From assembly GCA_051382295.1 (NCBI GenBank), contig JBBCAW010000008.1, positions 64,001 through 128,000 on the forward strand: a DNA stretch of 64,000 bases, in the 5' to 3' direction. The position numbers were made by a program, and so were the translations under genes. The notes beneath the pieces are model-generated. The model was given only the letters and a program-made list of their open reading frames with translations. It had not been told where the DNA came from and searched no databases. Below are positions 46,312-56,127 of the stretch, piece by piece. The DNA comes from Bdellovibrionota bacterium FG-1 (GTDB lineage Bacteria > Bdellovibrionota > UBA1018). How positions within the stretch are numbered: position 1 is the first letter of the stretch; each line of letters starts with the position of its first letter.

Positions 46312-49167
46312 ATGTTTTTTAAAAATCCGAAAATGAAGCGTTCCATGGCGAGTGTTCTTACTCTTTCAGTCGCGCTACAAACCGGCGCACCGCTTGCGTT
46401 TGCGGACGCGCCACAAACTGGCGCACCACGAGCATCCTCGCTCACCTACACCTTCAGCTCTGAAATCCCCAATCACGGGGCGATCGATCTTTTTCATAAT
46501 GCTTACCTCAGCCGAGATCGAGTTTCCAACTCACTTTACCTGTTGCGGAACACCGCGATCGAAGACCTTCTCAATACGCGGCTGGCACTCAAGACCCTCC
46601 TGGGCGGACAAGCCCGCACTCAACAAATTTCTAAGAAAAATGACCTTAACTTTGAAGTGCCAGGTGGCGTGATCGAACTTTATTTGCTGGGAAATTTGGA
46701 TCTCTTGGGAAGCACAAAAAACAGGGATTCAGCTCGCCCTTCTTATGCGATGGCATCCACCGGAGGCCTCACCGAACGAAGCAGCATCGAATCGGATACC
46801 GCCCCAGAAATTGCACGCGCGATTCACCCATTAGGAGATCAGACAGGATCCTACGATGACGCCCTCCGTGCGCGACTATTACTGGGTTTGGCTTATATCT
46901 CGGCCCAAATCACCAAATTTGACCGGCAAATCAAATTTATTGAAGAGGATTTCTGGAATAATCCCACGATCACCGTCGAATTCTATGATCAGGAACTCGA
47001 AAAACGCTACCGTCAGGCCAAACTCGACCCTGACTTGAATGCCCTTGAACACTCCGTCAAAGAGCAATGGCTCAGTCGGCACGGGATGACTGACATCCTG
47101 GCAACGCTAGCAGGTCACCGCGAATATCTATTGGACCGCTATCACTTGCTCGCGTCCGAAGTCGATGGCGCCCCCCTCTATCAACAGATTTACAAAGCCA
47201 TGCAAAAAGTGGGATTTCCTGCGGCCGATCAAGCGCAACCCTTGCCATCCCCCCATCTTCCCAGTGGGACTGACCCCATTCAGATGCCTTCGAGTTTCGA
47301 ACAAGCTCTCAATTCTGCTCTAAACAACTTAAGCAGCTCGGGACAAAATCAAATCCTGAGCGAACTCAACGCCGCAGTGAATGCCAAAATAGACAAAGCC
47401 CTGATCACCTCCCTTGAGGCCAACACCGATCGCCTCAATGCACTCACGCAGATCATGGATTACGACGGCAGCAGATCATCGCCCTTGCTCGAACTGGCTC
47501 GCTATCCCGACCTCTGGGCGGCGGCGACTCAAAAATACCAATACCTTTCGGGCATCATTCACTTGAAAGGAGCCCGAGATGAAATCGATCGTTTCCTCAC
47601 AAGAAAAGATACCCAAACCAAACAGATTCGCTATGCGACCTACGGAGCGGGTATTGGATTAGGGGTCGCTTCCATGATTTTGAGTGCTGGCACCACTGCC
47701 ACCGCAGCCAGTGGTGCGCAAGCCGCGGCCGCTCTGTTGGGAATTCCACTACGCACCTGGTTGGTCGGTTCAGCGGGCATCTTGGGCTCAGGCGCGTTTG
47801 CGGCCCAAAGCACCTACGATTATGTTGCCAGCGAAGAAGCCGCCAAAATGTCGAAAGGGCTATTTTTGGGCACCGCCGCCATCGGAACCCATCAAGGAAT
47901 GAAAGACGCCCTACTGATGGCGGAGGGAGATTTTCGCACCATGATCGGTGGTTTGATCATTCTCGGGGCGGAGACCAAGGTGCTCACCCTCCTTTCAAAA
48001 GGGCGCGCGCTGGTTCAATCGGGTGGAAAAACTTTAGTCCGGCTCAGTTCAGAAGAACTGAGCGGTCTGCGAAGTTCGATTGCCGCATTAGCCGAACGCT
48101 CTGAAAAAATCGCCCCGATGGGTCGCGCGCTGATCACGGTTCTAAAAAGCCTGTTGGGAATGGTGGCCGGGACCGATCGAATTGTCGGTTTAGAAGAAGC
48201 CATCACGTCAGTAGCGGCGCAAATGCGCTTGGCTCCCGCAGTAGTTCAGGCTCGCCTTGAGGAAAATCTTTTAATTGGCCCGCTTTTGAAGAGCTGGAGC
48301 GCTAGACAGCTTTCGTCGAAAATTCTGATCGAACGGGAGTTGGTCGAGGCTGCGGCAATGGGCCGCCCCGCTAAAGATCTCCCCACCTTCGCAAAAACCA
48401 TGTTCAACCAACAAATGAATAATCTTGTGACCAGTGTGGTCAGCGAATACAAAGCCCGGGGCGATCGGTTCAGTGACGAGATCGGAGACTTTGGAATTGA
48501 CCTGGCTCAAGGGGCCGTTGTTACAGCAGCGCTCGTTTGGTTTGGGTCCCCTACCCTTCCCGAGGCTGAACAGGCGGTATTCGGAGGCGCAAAAATTCGG
48601 ACTCAAGGAAGCTTCTGGAACAGCGGGCTAGGCGACTTTTTGAAACGGGGAAGCCGCAATTTCTTGGTCGGCATGTCAGTCAATGGCAGCTCTTCCCTCA
48701 TTCAAGAAGGCGTCAAGCTTGTAAAAAACGAACCATCGAATGACCACTCGCCAGGAGCCTCCGCGCGCGCTCAACACGCACTTGCCAATACGCTCTATGG
48801 CGGCCTGTTCACGGGGGTTTGGGGCACCTCGCGATACAAAGTCTTTTCGGCCGTTGAGAATTTACTGGCTGGGATCGTCAAAAACCAATCCACCGCGCAG
48901 ATTCTGATTCAAAGTGCCTGGACAGGAAACAATCTCATTGGCGGCTGGAGTTATGTGACTTTTGGAAAAGCACTCGGAGTCTTTCACAGCGATGGCTCAG
49001 TCGATGCACTGGATCCGAATGCGCCTGAAGGCAGCCACGAACTGGACCCATCGATCACCGGAATTGAGATTCAAGAATTGGGCGGAGGCTTCATCAAGGT
49101 GGATGGCGACGAGTCAGCGGCAGGCCATCTTTTTGACTTTTTAAGGGGAACTGATACTGCTCGTTGA
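46312..49167 (+). CDS. Large exported hypothetical protein with Gly/Ala-rich hydrophobic segments
   Basis: About 950-aa ORF, signal peptide ending PLAFA, GGGAG RBS before ATG 46312. Confidence 0.75.
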   Translation: MFFKNPKMKRSMASVLTLSVALQTGAPLAFADAPQTGAPRASSLTYTFSSEIPNHGAIDLFHNAYLSRDRVSNSLYLLRNTAIEDLLNTRLALKTLLGGQARTQQISKKNDLNFEVPGGVIELYLLGNLDLLGSTKNRDSARPSYAMASTGGLTERSSIESDTAPEIARAIHPLGDQTGSYDDALRARLLLGLAYISAQITKFDRQIKFIEEDFWNNPTITVEFYDQELEKRYRQAKLDPDLNALEHSVKEQWLSRHGMTDILATLAGHREYLLDRYHLLASEVDGAPLYQQIYKAMQKVGFPAADQAQPLPSPHLPSGTDPIQMPSSFEQALNSALNNLSSSGQNQILSELNAAVNAKIDKALITSLEANTDRLNALTQIMDYDGSRSSPLLELARYPDLWAAATQKYQYLSGIIHLKGARDEIDRFLTRKDTQTKQIRYATYGAGIGLGVASMILSAGTTATAASGAQAAAALLGIPLRTWLVGSAGILGSGAFAAQSTYDYVASEEAAKMSKGLFLGTAAIGTHQGMKDALLMAEGDFRTMIGGLIILGAETKVLTLLSKGRALVQSGGKTLVRLSSEELSGLRSSIAALAERSEKIAPMGRALITVLKSLLGMVAGTDRIVGLEEAITSVAAQMRLAPAVVQARLEENLLIGPLLKSWSARQLSSKILIERELVEAAAMGRPAKDLPTFAKTMFNQQMNNLVTSVVSEYKARGDRFSDEIGDFGIDLAQGAVVTAALVWFGSPTLPEAEQAVFGGAKIRTQGSFWNSGLGDFLKRGSRNFLVGMSVNGSSSLIQEGVKLVKNEPSNDHSPGASARAQHALANTLYGGLFTGVWGTSRYKVFSAVENLLAGIVKNQSTAQILIQSAWTGNNLIGGWSYVTFGKALGVFHSDGSVDALDPNAPEGSHELDPSITGIEIQELGGGFIKVDGDESAAGHLFDFLRGTDTAR

Positions 49168-51620
49168 GGAGGCCTAATATCACGCCAAACATCAACAAGG
49201 CCGCCCAATCTTTAGAGTGGGGGCGGTTTTTAGAATATGCGGAACCCGAGGCACGAACAGATCGAGCCAAGGCCTTTTTGCGTCAAATGACTGATCCAGG
49301 CCATTGGGCCCAAAGTCTGGCCACCGCGCGTCTCATGCAACACGAAACACAAGAGTGCTCTCCCCTATTGGATCGTGACGCACTCTGGGGTCCCCTCACC
49401 GATTTGAGCGACCCTGAGGTGGCCCTTGAGCGCCTTGCACGCGGATCGGTGCTGGAGATCGTCGAACTTGCTCTCATTCGAAAATGGCTGTACGCGATGG
49501 ACTCCTGGTGTCAAACACCTCGTGACGAGATTCGCGGCGAGCTATTCAAGAAGGCGCTGTCGCAACTGCCCGACCCCTTTGAACCCCTCCGTATTCTCGA
49601 TCGCATTTTAACCCCCGAAGGGGAATTATCAGAGAAAGCCTCTCCTCGATTAGCCCAACTTTATACCGAAATTCGTGCCCTAAAACGCGAAGTCGGCGTC
49701 ATTCTAGATCACCTTTTAAAAACGTTCGCGCAAAAAGGGGTGCTGCAAGAAAATTTTTCTGACGTGCGGGATGGTCGTTTCGTGCTTCCAATCAAAATTT
49801 CGTCTCAAAGCGAAGTCGACGGAATTATTTATGAAGCCTCCGCCAGTCGGCAAACCGTTTTTATTGAGCCCCGCGAAGTTGCGGGAGTCAATAATCGCTT
49901 GAAACAAAAGCAGAACGAGCTCATTCAGGAAATTTTCATTGTACTCTCGGAAACTTCCAAAAAAATTCAGCCCTTTTCAGCTGAAATTCAGGCGGCGGTG
50001 CAAATCATCTCTCATTGGGATGTCGTACAAGCCAAGGCGAGACTAGGGCTGCATTACTCCGGAAAGATGATTCAGGTCACCGAAAGCCGCACTTTCTTGA
50101 TGCAACAAACGGCGCATCCTTTGTTATTTTGGTCGTTGAACCACGACCGAATTATCCGCAACGAAATCGACTTTGGCGAACCGATTCGCACGCTTTTGTT
50201 GACGGGCCCCAATACCGGCGGAAAAACCGTATTACTGAAGACCCTCGGTCTGGCGGGCATTTGCGCGCGCACCGGCTTCCCTTTTCCGGGAGCGGACCAT
50301 CCTACTATTCCATTTTTTGAGTCTTTTTTTGCCGATCTCGGGGATCCCCAATCGATTGAACACCACCTTTCCAGTTTTTCTGGCCACATTGCCCGTTTCA
50401 AAGAAATTCTCGAAAATGTCACGGATCGTAGCCTCGTCTTAATTGACGAACTCAATTCAGCCACTGACCCTGAAGAAGGCGCGGCTCTAGGAAGGGCCTT
50501 CCTTGAAACCGTTATAAGTCGTGGCGCTTTGATCGTGACCACGACCCATGATCCCCATCTCAAAGCCAGCGCCGTGTCAGACACGCGCATCTTGAACGCC
50601 AGCATGCAATTCGATGAAAGCTCGCGCATCCCTACTTTCAAAATGATTTTGGGCGTCCCTGGCCGGTCTCGCGCGCTCGAGACGGCCGAACGATTGGGCA
50701 TTCCACAAGAGGTGCTTCGCTTAGCGCGGACCTACCTGACCCGAGAACACCTTGAATTTGAAGCGATGCTCGCGAAGCTTGAATCAGATTCGCGAGAGAC
50801 TGAACGTGCCCGGAAAGATAGCGTTCGGTTACGGGATGAAGCGGAGAAATTAAAAAAAGAATGGACCGAAAGAACGCAAGCGGCAGTCAACGAGATGCTC
50901 GAAAGAACCCGGCAAAAATTACGCCGAATACTGGAACAAGCCCAAGACCAGGTTCGCACCTCTGTGCGCAAGCTGGATGAGGCAAAACATCGCAAGGATC
51001 TGGATCAAACTCGATCGGCCATCAATGAAGCCTTTTCACTTTCAAACGATCGTTTAGAAACCGCCTTGGATGAAGAGGCTCCTGAACTCGCCCAAGCGCT
51101 TGCGTTGCAAAATAAGGAAATCAAAAAACCCACCTCGTCTCAATCTCTTCTGCCTCTTCTGCACATCGGAACCCAGGTTCGCATCCCAAAATGGAAGACC
51201 ACAGGCACGGTCCTTGAAATTCAGGGCGCTAAAGCAAAAGTATCCATGGGGACCATTCAAATGGTGATGTCCACCTCGGACATCGAGCCGTTAGCCCCCT
51301 CTGAAGTGGCGGCTTTGCCTAAACAACGACGCTCGGGGTCTCGCGCTCAGGTCCATGTAGTCGCAGTCCCGGACTCTCAGGTCGACCTCAGGGGGATTCG
51401 CTTTGACGAAGCCATGAGCCAGCTTTCAAGCTATCTCGATCAAGCCTATCAAAGCGGCGCCCTCGCGGAGGTCACAATCGTCCATGGCCTTGGCACCGGC
51501 GCCCTTCGGGAAGGGACGCGAAAGCTTTTAGCTGAACTCGCCTATATCAAAAACTATCGGGATGGCGGCGTCGGCATGGGCGGCTCGGGAGCGACGATCG
51601 TCGAGTTCGAGCGGGACTAA
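49164..51620 (+). CDS. mutS2: MutS2 endonuclease / ribosome collision factor
   Basis: TGPNTGGKT, QSIEHHLSSFSGH, ATDPEEGAAL, TTH, GVPGRSRA, coiled coil, Smr domain DLRG...VHGLGTG. Confidence 0.95.
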   Translation: MRRPNITPNINKAAQSLEWGRFLEYAEPEARTDRAKAFLRQMTDPGHWAQSLATARLMQHETQECSPLLDRDALWGPLTDLSDPEVALERLARGSVLEIVELALIRKWLYAMDSWCQTPRDEIRGELFKKALSQLPDPFEPLRILDRILTPEGELSEKASPRLAQLYTEIRALKREVGVILDHLLKTFAQKGVLQENFSDVRDGRFVLPIKISSQSEVDGIIYEASASRQTVFIEPREVAGVNNRLKQKQNELIQEIFIVLSETSKKIQPFSAEIQAAVQIISHWDVVQAKARLGLHYSGKMIQVTESRTFLMQQTAHPLLFWSLNHDRIIRNEIDFGEPIRTLLLTGPNTGGKTVLLKTLGLAGICARTGFPFPGADHPTIPFFESFFADLGDPQSIEHHLSSFSGHIARFKEILENVTDRSLVLIDELNSATDPEEGAALGRAFLETVISRGALIVTTTHDPHLKASAVSDTRILNASMQFDESSRIPTFKMILGVPGRSRALETAERLGIPQEVLRLARTYLTREHLEFEAMLAKLESDSRETERARKDSVRLRDEAEKLKKEWTERTQAAVNEMLERTRQKLRRILEQAQDQVRTSVRKLDEAKHRKDLDQTRSAINEAFSLSNDRLETALDEEAPELAQALALQNKEIKKPTSSQSLLPLLHIGTQVRIPKWKTTGTVLEIQGAKAKVSMGTIQMVMSTSDIEPLAPSEVAALPKQRRSGSRAQVHVVAVPDSQVDLRGIRFDEAMSQLSSYLDQAYQSGALAEVTIVHGLGTGALREGTRKLLAELAYIKNYRDGGVGMGGSGATIVEFERD

Positions 51621-51621
51621 A

Positions 51622-52641
51622 TCAAAAACGAAAATCGTATCGCAACCTCAGTCGTTGCTCATCGGCTTGAATGGAGTCAATCGGGGCCAAGCGATGCACC
51701 GAATCTACCACGCATGTAAGATTATCCAAAACTTGTTTACTCAGTGAACCCGCCACCGAATTCGACGAAGCACCATAAAGAAGTTGCGTCGAAAGGCCAA
51801 AAAACGGCAACGGGCGTTTCAGGGTAAGTTGATAACGCTCCTGCGAATAATCCACCACCCATCCCATATTCATCATCGCGCCAAAATCAACCGCAGAATT
51901 GGGGCCTAAATCGCGGTTTGCGGCGACCATCGGACGATACTCAAAGACACCAAAACCCAAAGGCGACTCCATTTCTACTGCGCCATACCTATCCCGTACA
52001 TTCGTGGTAAATCGAAGCAAAGTGTCATCGGTCAACCTAAGAGGAACCGGACGGCCAACATACACTCCCGCAGCGATAACACCAGGAGCCATGGCCTTTT
52101 CAATGGTTGCGTGCCGTTCTATGATTGCATTGGCCTTTCTCTCGGCATAGCTCATTTGCCGCTTTTGCATCTCATCCCACACGCCATTTCCAAATCCTCC
52201 GATACTTGCAAAATAACCGCGCTGCCCTTCTGGATCAAGAAGTCCGGCATGCATTCTCATTTCGTATTCACGCGTCAGATTTTCAATATTTTGGCGCCAA
52301 GTCCGGGCCTGCGCCGGGTCGTAATACGGCGCCATCCAATCTTCGTCAAACGGAGATTTTCTATTTAACTCGAGTAAATATGAGGCATTCAGAGCACAAA
52401 CTTTTCCGCGACCGCCGCCCGTCCGCACGCGATAATCATCCACCCAAGCAGGGCGCAAGGAAGGTCTAAGTTTAAGACGACCCGCACAAGCATCAGAGGC
52501 CCGCAACAAGCCAATACTCGCAAATAAGGTGAATACACTTATCCCTAAGCGAAGGCTGGTTTTAGAGAAAGCAATCCAACTGGCCATGCTCTTAAGCCCC
52601 TCTCTGGTGGACCTAAGTAGAGCAATCGCCGTACCACTCAT
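51622..52641 (-). CDS. Hypothetical exported protein, possibly outer-membrane
   Basis: Hydrophobic N-terminal segment; C-terminal alternating LRLRYDFRF beta-signal-like end. Confidence 0.6.
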   Translation of the reverse strand: MSGTAIALLRSTREGLKSMASWIAFSKTSLRLGISVFTLFASIGLLRASDACAGRLKLRPSLRPAWVDDYRVRTGGGRGKVCALNASYLLELNRKSPFDEDWMAPYYDPAQARTWRQNIENLTREYEMRMHAGLLDPEGQRGYFASIGGFGNGVWDEMQKRQMSYAERKANAIIERHATIEKAMAPGVIAAGVYVGRPVPLRLTDDTLLRFTTNVRDRYGAVEMESPLGFGVFEYRPMVAANRDLGPNSAVDFGAMMNMGWVVDYSQERYQLTLKRPLPFFGLSTQLLYGASSNSVAGSLSKQVLDNLTCVVDSVHRLAPIDSIQADEQRLRLRYDFRF

Positions 52642-52724
52642 AGCTCCGGTAAAATCAAATAAAATCAGGTCGTTATTATAAAAATCCGTCTAACTATTTG
52701 ACACCTGTATAAAAGATTTTCGGT

Positions 52725-52753
52725 TTGACTTGAGAAGACCGTCTTCATAGTCT
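52725..52753 (+). promoter_or_regulatory. Sigma70 promoter with palindromic operator in the spacer, leaderless start
   Basis: TTGACT-N17-TAGTCT, 6 nt before ATG 52760; GAAGAC-C-GTCTTC at 52734-52746. Confidence 0.65.
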
Positions 52754-52759
52754 TGCTCG

Positions 52760-53857
52760 ATGCAAAGCCAAGTATCCGAGCGGGAACTCAAGAACGTCAT
52801 TCGCCTCCTCAAGCGGATCGAGCCGCTGCGGGATCATGGCGACTCTCAATGGTTATTTTATTTTCCCGTTCACTCGCGAAAATGGCAAAAGCTTCTGATC
52901 GTTTTATACGATTCCAATTACTACTTTAGCTTTGCGCATTCGGACTTTAGTCTTTGCTATCCTGGAGAAAAGGACAGGATCGACTGGGATGCCCCAGAAC
53001 TTCGGTGGATTATCGATCATGTGCCAGGATGCATCGAGGACATGTCCAAGAAAGGCGACTTTGCCTATCGGAAGGTGGTTCGTACACTTCCGAAACGCTA
53101 TCGCTGGGGCATCGTTCCGCGCAAGGCAGCCCTTTTGAATTGTGACGATCTTTATCGAGCAGAAAAAGAACTTGGCAAGCGGAACACGGATGAACTGGTT
53201 CATTGGATTGAGAAACAGGGTTCAGAAAAAGTCAAATTCGAACAGCCGATGACTTTAAAGTTATATCTCGAATATTGCCGAATAGCTTATTTGGCCAACG
53301 CTGATCAGCTGAAGTTAACCGGCAAGGAAACCGGCTTAGGACTCTACAAACGATTCGCGGACAACCGTCACGACGGGCTTTTGGAAATCGATCCCGATTC
53401 AGCGGATGCGTTTCATGCTTGGTACCATGGAGGACGGGGGGGCGGACATCCTTGGGAGGTTTATCGGGGAGGAAACACGACCCACATTGATCTTGGCGTG
53501 ACCACCACGGATTATGAATGGCGGGAAAAAAAGGAAACCAGAAACTATACGATTTTCCTGCACGGACTTTCCACGGGCCGACTTGTCGAGACAGCCCACA
53601 TCGCCTTGGCCTTTATTCGTAAAGGAATGCCGTTCACGTTTCTCGGTGCGGAGGAGATGCGCAGAAAGCTGCTGGCACTTGATAATTTGGGGATTGTGCC
53701 AGAATGGTATTCGCTTCATCGCGCCAATCAAGATTTTATCGAAGGCCTTCACGTCTATGATTGCCTCCACTGGACTGACCTTTCAGCGGAAGAGAGAAGG
53801 AAACTCTTAGCCTACGTCACTTGGCTACCTTTGGAGGTCATTTTGCCGCGGGTGTGA
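52760..53857 (+). CDS. Hypothetical cytoplasmic protein (GGHPWEVYRGGNTTHIDL motif)
   Basis: 365-aa ORF with its own promoter; no family recognised. Confidence 0.75.
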   Translation: MQSQVSERELKNVIRLLKRIEPLRDHGDSQWLFYFPVHSRKWQKLLIVLYDSNYYFSFAHSDFSLCYPGEKDRIDWDAPELRWIIDHVPGCIEDMSKKGDFAYRKVVRTLPKRYRWGIVPRKAALLNCDDLYRAEKELGKRNTDELVHWIEKQGSEKVKFEQPMTLKLYLEYCRIAYLANADQLKLTGKETGLGLYKRFADNRHDGLLEIDPDSADAFHAWYHGGRGGGHPWEVYRGGNTTHIDLGVTTTDYEWREKKETRNYTIFLHGLSTGRLVETAHIALAFIRKGMPFTFLGAEEMRRKLLALDNLGIVPEWYSLHRANQDFIEGLHVYDCLHWTDLSAEERRKLLAYVTWLPLEVILPRV

Positions 53858-53860
53858 TTG

Positions 53861-54051
53861 GGGGCTCCCAGTAAAAAGTGTCGGGGTCGGCCTTCCCCCT
53901 TTGCAGCACTTCCTATGCTGCAAGTGCCCTTTTGGGCACTCGGGCTTCTCGAACAATCCTGTTCTCGAAGGGCCTCCGCGCAAAAAGCGCCTCCTGCGCG
54001 CCCGGATCCCCTCATTTTTACTGGGAAGCCCCTACGTGGGGTCCGGGATCA
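53861..54051 (-). repeat. MITE-like palindromic element, copy 2, with extra internal hairpins
   Basis: TIRs GGGGCTCCCAGTAAAAAGTGTCGGGG ... CCCCTCATTTTTACTGGGAAGCCCC; internal hairpins TTGCAGCA/TGCTGCAA and AGTGCCC/GGGCACT. Confidence 0.8.
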
Positions 54052-54210
54052 ACGAGCCTACGCGGCATGAGAGCGTCGCCATCGAAAAAGACAAGTGGGC
54101 CGCTTCGGGTACATTTCATGGCCGAGGCGAGCTTTCGATGAAGTTCTGGCGGGCGAATTTGCTCACTTTTATGGAGGGGGGTAAATGGGGTGAGTTTGAC
54201 GAAAGCAACA

Positions 54211-54253
54211 GTCCCCGTGGTGCGCAGTCATTACGACTGAACACCACGGGGAC
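54211..54253. terminator. Strong hairpin downstream of the 54271-55869 gene (possible terminator)
   Basis: GTCCCCGTGGTG/CACCACGGGGAC 12-bp stem with inner CAGTC/GACTG. Confidence 0.5.
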
Positions 54254-54270
54254 ATTGGAAGTCTTAGGCT

Positions 54271-55869
54271 TTATTCAAGAAAGATTGGAGCCGCGTTGCC
54301 ATCTATCAATTTTTTCATATCGCGAGTATTTCTGATCTCTTCGATCGAATGGATGTACGCTGTAGGATACAGCGGCCCGAGGGCGACTCCAGGCATATTT
54401 TCCCAACCGGTGGCGTAGACGTCTTCGGATAAATCGACTACTGCGCTATCCTTGATCTTCAGGATATACGGGCCGGCATGGATGACAGGAAAACTCAAAA
54501 AGTGGGTGGTACCCTCGGCCGCCACTTGCAACAGATAGGCGTTAAGTAATTGAGACCGACCGCCAAGCTCCAAGTAGAGACCTGGATGATCATGGCGGCC
54601 GCCAGATTCCAGAATCCTGCTTTGGAAAGACTCGTACCCATAGATTCGACTATTTTTCACTGCCGCGCCTGAGTGCAGTACGAGGTATTGAGGGTTGGCG
54701 CGGACACCCGAGAGGATCGCGCTTTGTTCCATCACGAAGCTTCGCGGAAAGACCCCCGACTCACTTTCGAAGAAAAGCATTGAAGAAAGAATCTGAGCGT
54801 TCTTGCTGACTCGACCTATTGCCGAAAGGCGCGGTAGGAGCGCAATACAGTGCATAAGTGAGGAGTTCTTTACATAGCTTCCAGAATCGAACTGAATAGT
54901 TCCATACTCGAGGCTTTGGTATCCTGCTTCCTGACAGACATCTGAAAAGAAAAATTGAGATCCCGCATCCGCCGAGATGTTAGCCCCGATCGCTGAGCCC
55001 ACGCTCACGAAAGCGCCTGGCGCCACTTTTGCTCCATCCGCCACAAGCCCTCCGCCATAATCGTGGATATGCGAATGAATCGAGACAGGGGCAACAAGGC
55101 CACTGGTCACAATCCCCTCGCGCAGCCGCTTGAGTGCCACGATTTCTTGTAAGGAGGGAGACCTCGGATAAGTGGAAAGTTGGATCTCAGCGAGATTCAT
55201 GGCAGTTTCCAGACCGATGGTTACGTTCGCGATTGTTGCGTAGGAGGGTGATGAAGAAAGCGCGTGCATGCGTTCGTGGATCAAAAGCTTGGCCTGCTCG
55301 CGAGGTGAAAGAGTATTAAAGATCGATTCCTGCAAAAAGGTAAAGCGTTGAGTTGTGTAACCAACTAGAATCGATTCGCGACTGAGGGAAGGATCGAGCG
55401 GAAGGGTCCCAGTACGGGCAGGAAGGCGACTGACAAGGCAATAAACTGGATTTACGCCCAGTACTTCAGATTCAACAAACGCGGATCGAAGTTGCTCGGA
55501 CTCGAAATCGATCCGACAGCCCTTCGGAAATTCATTGGCAGCGCATTTGCCTAAGTCAGGCGCAATCCAAGTGCGCGGAGCTGATACGGCACCATAAGCC
55601 GCAAGCAAACGGCTCATTTTCTTCAGTTCTTCACGCACAGCTCCAGTGGGACGGTATCGATCCTGATCTGAGCAACCCAACTCATGCGACATTTCACCCG
55701 AAAGGTCCAAATATGGATCAGCCAAAACTAATTTTCCGGTTTTGGGATCGACAATCACATCGCCACCACCGCCACTCATTCCACCGTCAGCATGCGCGTT
55801 CAACGCATAAAGGTTCAACAACGTGAGGATCACAAACGGGCTCATTTTCACTATTTTACGAAACAACAT
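54271..55869 (-). CDS. Secreted HExxH protein with C-terminal beta-helix-like repeats
   Basis: Signal peptide ending AHA, then DGGMSGGGGD; LIHERMHAL; repeats such as VADGAKVAPGAFV; AGGAG RBS. Confidence 0.7.
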   Translation of the reverse strand: MLFRKIVKMSPFVILTLLNLYALNAHADGGMSGGGGDVIVDPKTGKLVLADPYLDLSGEMSHELGCSDQDRYRPTGAVREELKKMSRLLAAYGAVSAPRTWIAPDLGKCAANEFPKGCRIDFESEQLRSAFVESEVLGVNPVYCLVSRLPARTGTLPLDPSLSRESILVGYTTQRFTFLQESIFNTLSPREQAKLLIHERMHALSSSPSYATIANVTIGLETAMNLAEIQLSTYPRSPSLQEIVALKRLREGIVTSGLVAPVSIHSHIHDYGGGLVADGAKVAPGAFVSVGSAIGANISADAGSQFFFSDVCQEAGYQSLEYGTIQFDSGSYVKNSSLMHCIALLPRLSAIGRVSKNAQILSSMLFFESESGVFPRSFVMEQSAILSGVRANPQYLVLHSGAAVKNSRIYGYESFQSRILESGGRHDHPGLYLELGGRSQLLNAYLLQVAAEGTTHFLSFPVIHAGPYILKIKDSAVVDLSEDVYATGWENMPGVALGPLYPTAYIHSIEEIRNTRDMKKLIDGNAAPIFLE

Positions 55870-56050
55870 AAGGCACTCCTTGTATAACTGTTGACAAATT
55901 AGATCAACTGTTTTTCCGACCGATAAAACTCTATAATTTCAAGGATCAACTCTCCCCAGGGGCCTTCAGAAGGCTGCTCGGGACAGTTGACTCGCTTGGA
56001 TGGGGTTATAGTTGATAGTTTCGAGTCAGAATAGATGATTTTAATTATTT

Positions 56051-56091
56051 AAGTATGAGTTAGTTTAAAATTTTTAAACTAACTCATACTT
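56051..56091. promoter_or_regulatory. Perfect 41-bp palindrome (20-bp arms, 1-nt centre) upstream of the TIGR02147 gene
   Basis: AAGTATGAGTTAGTTTAAAA-T-TTTTAAACTAACTCATACTT. Confidence 0.85.
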
Positions 56092-56127
56092 TAAACCGAA
56101 TAGTCCTTATCATTTAGGTAATTCCCT

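Noticed and set aside
53812..54335. Several short ORFs over the second repeat copy
   Set aside because: They are overlapping frames in a GC-rich palindrome with no RBS or recognisable motifs.
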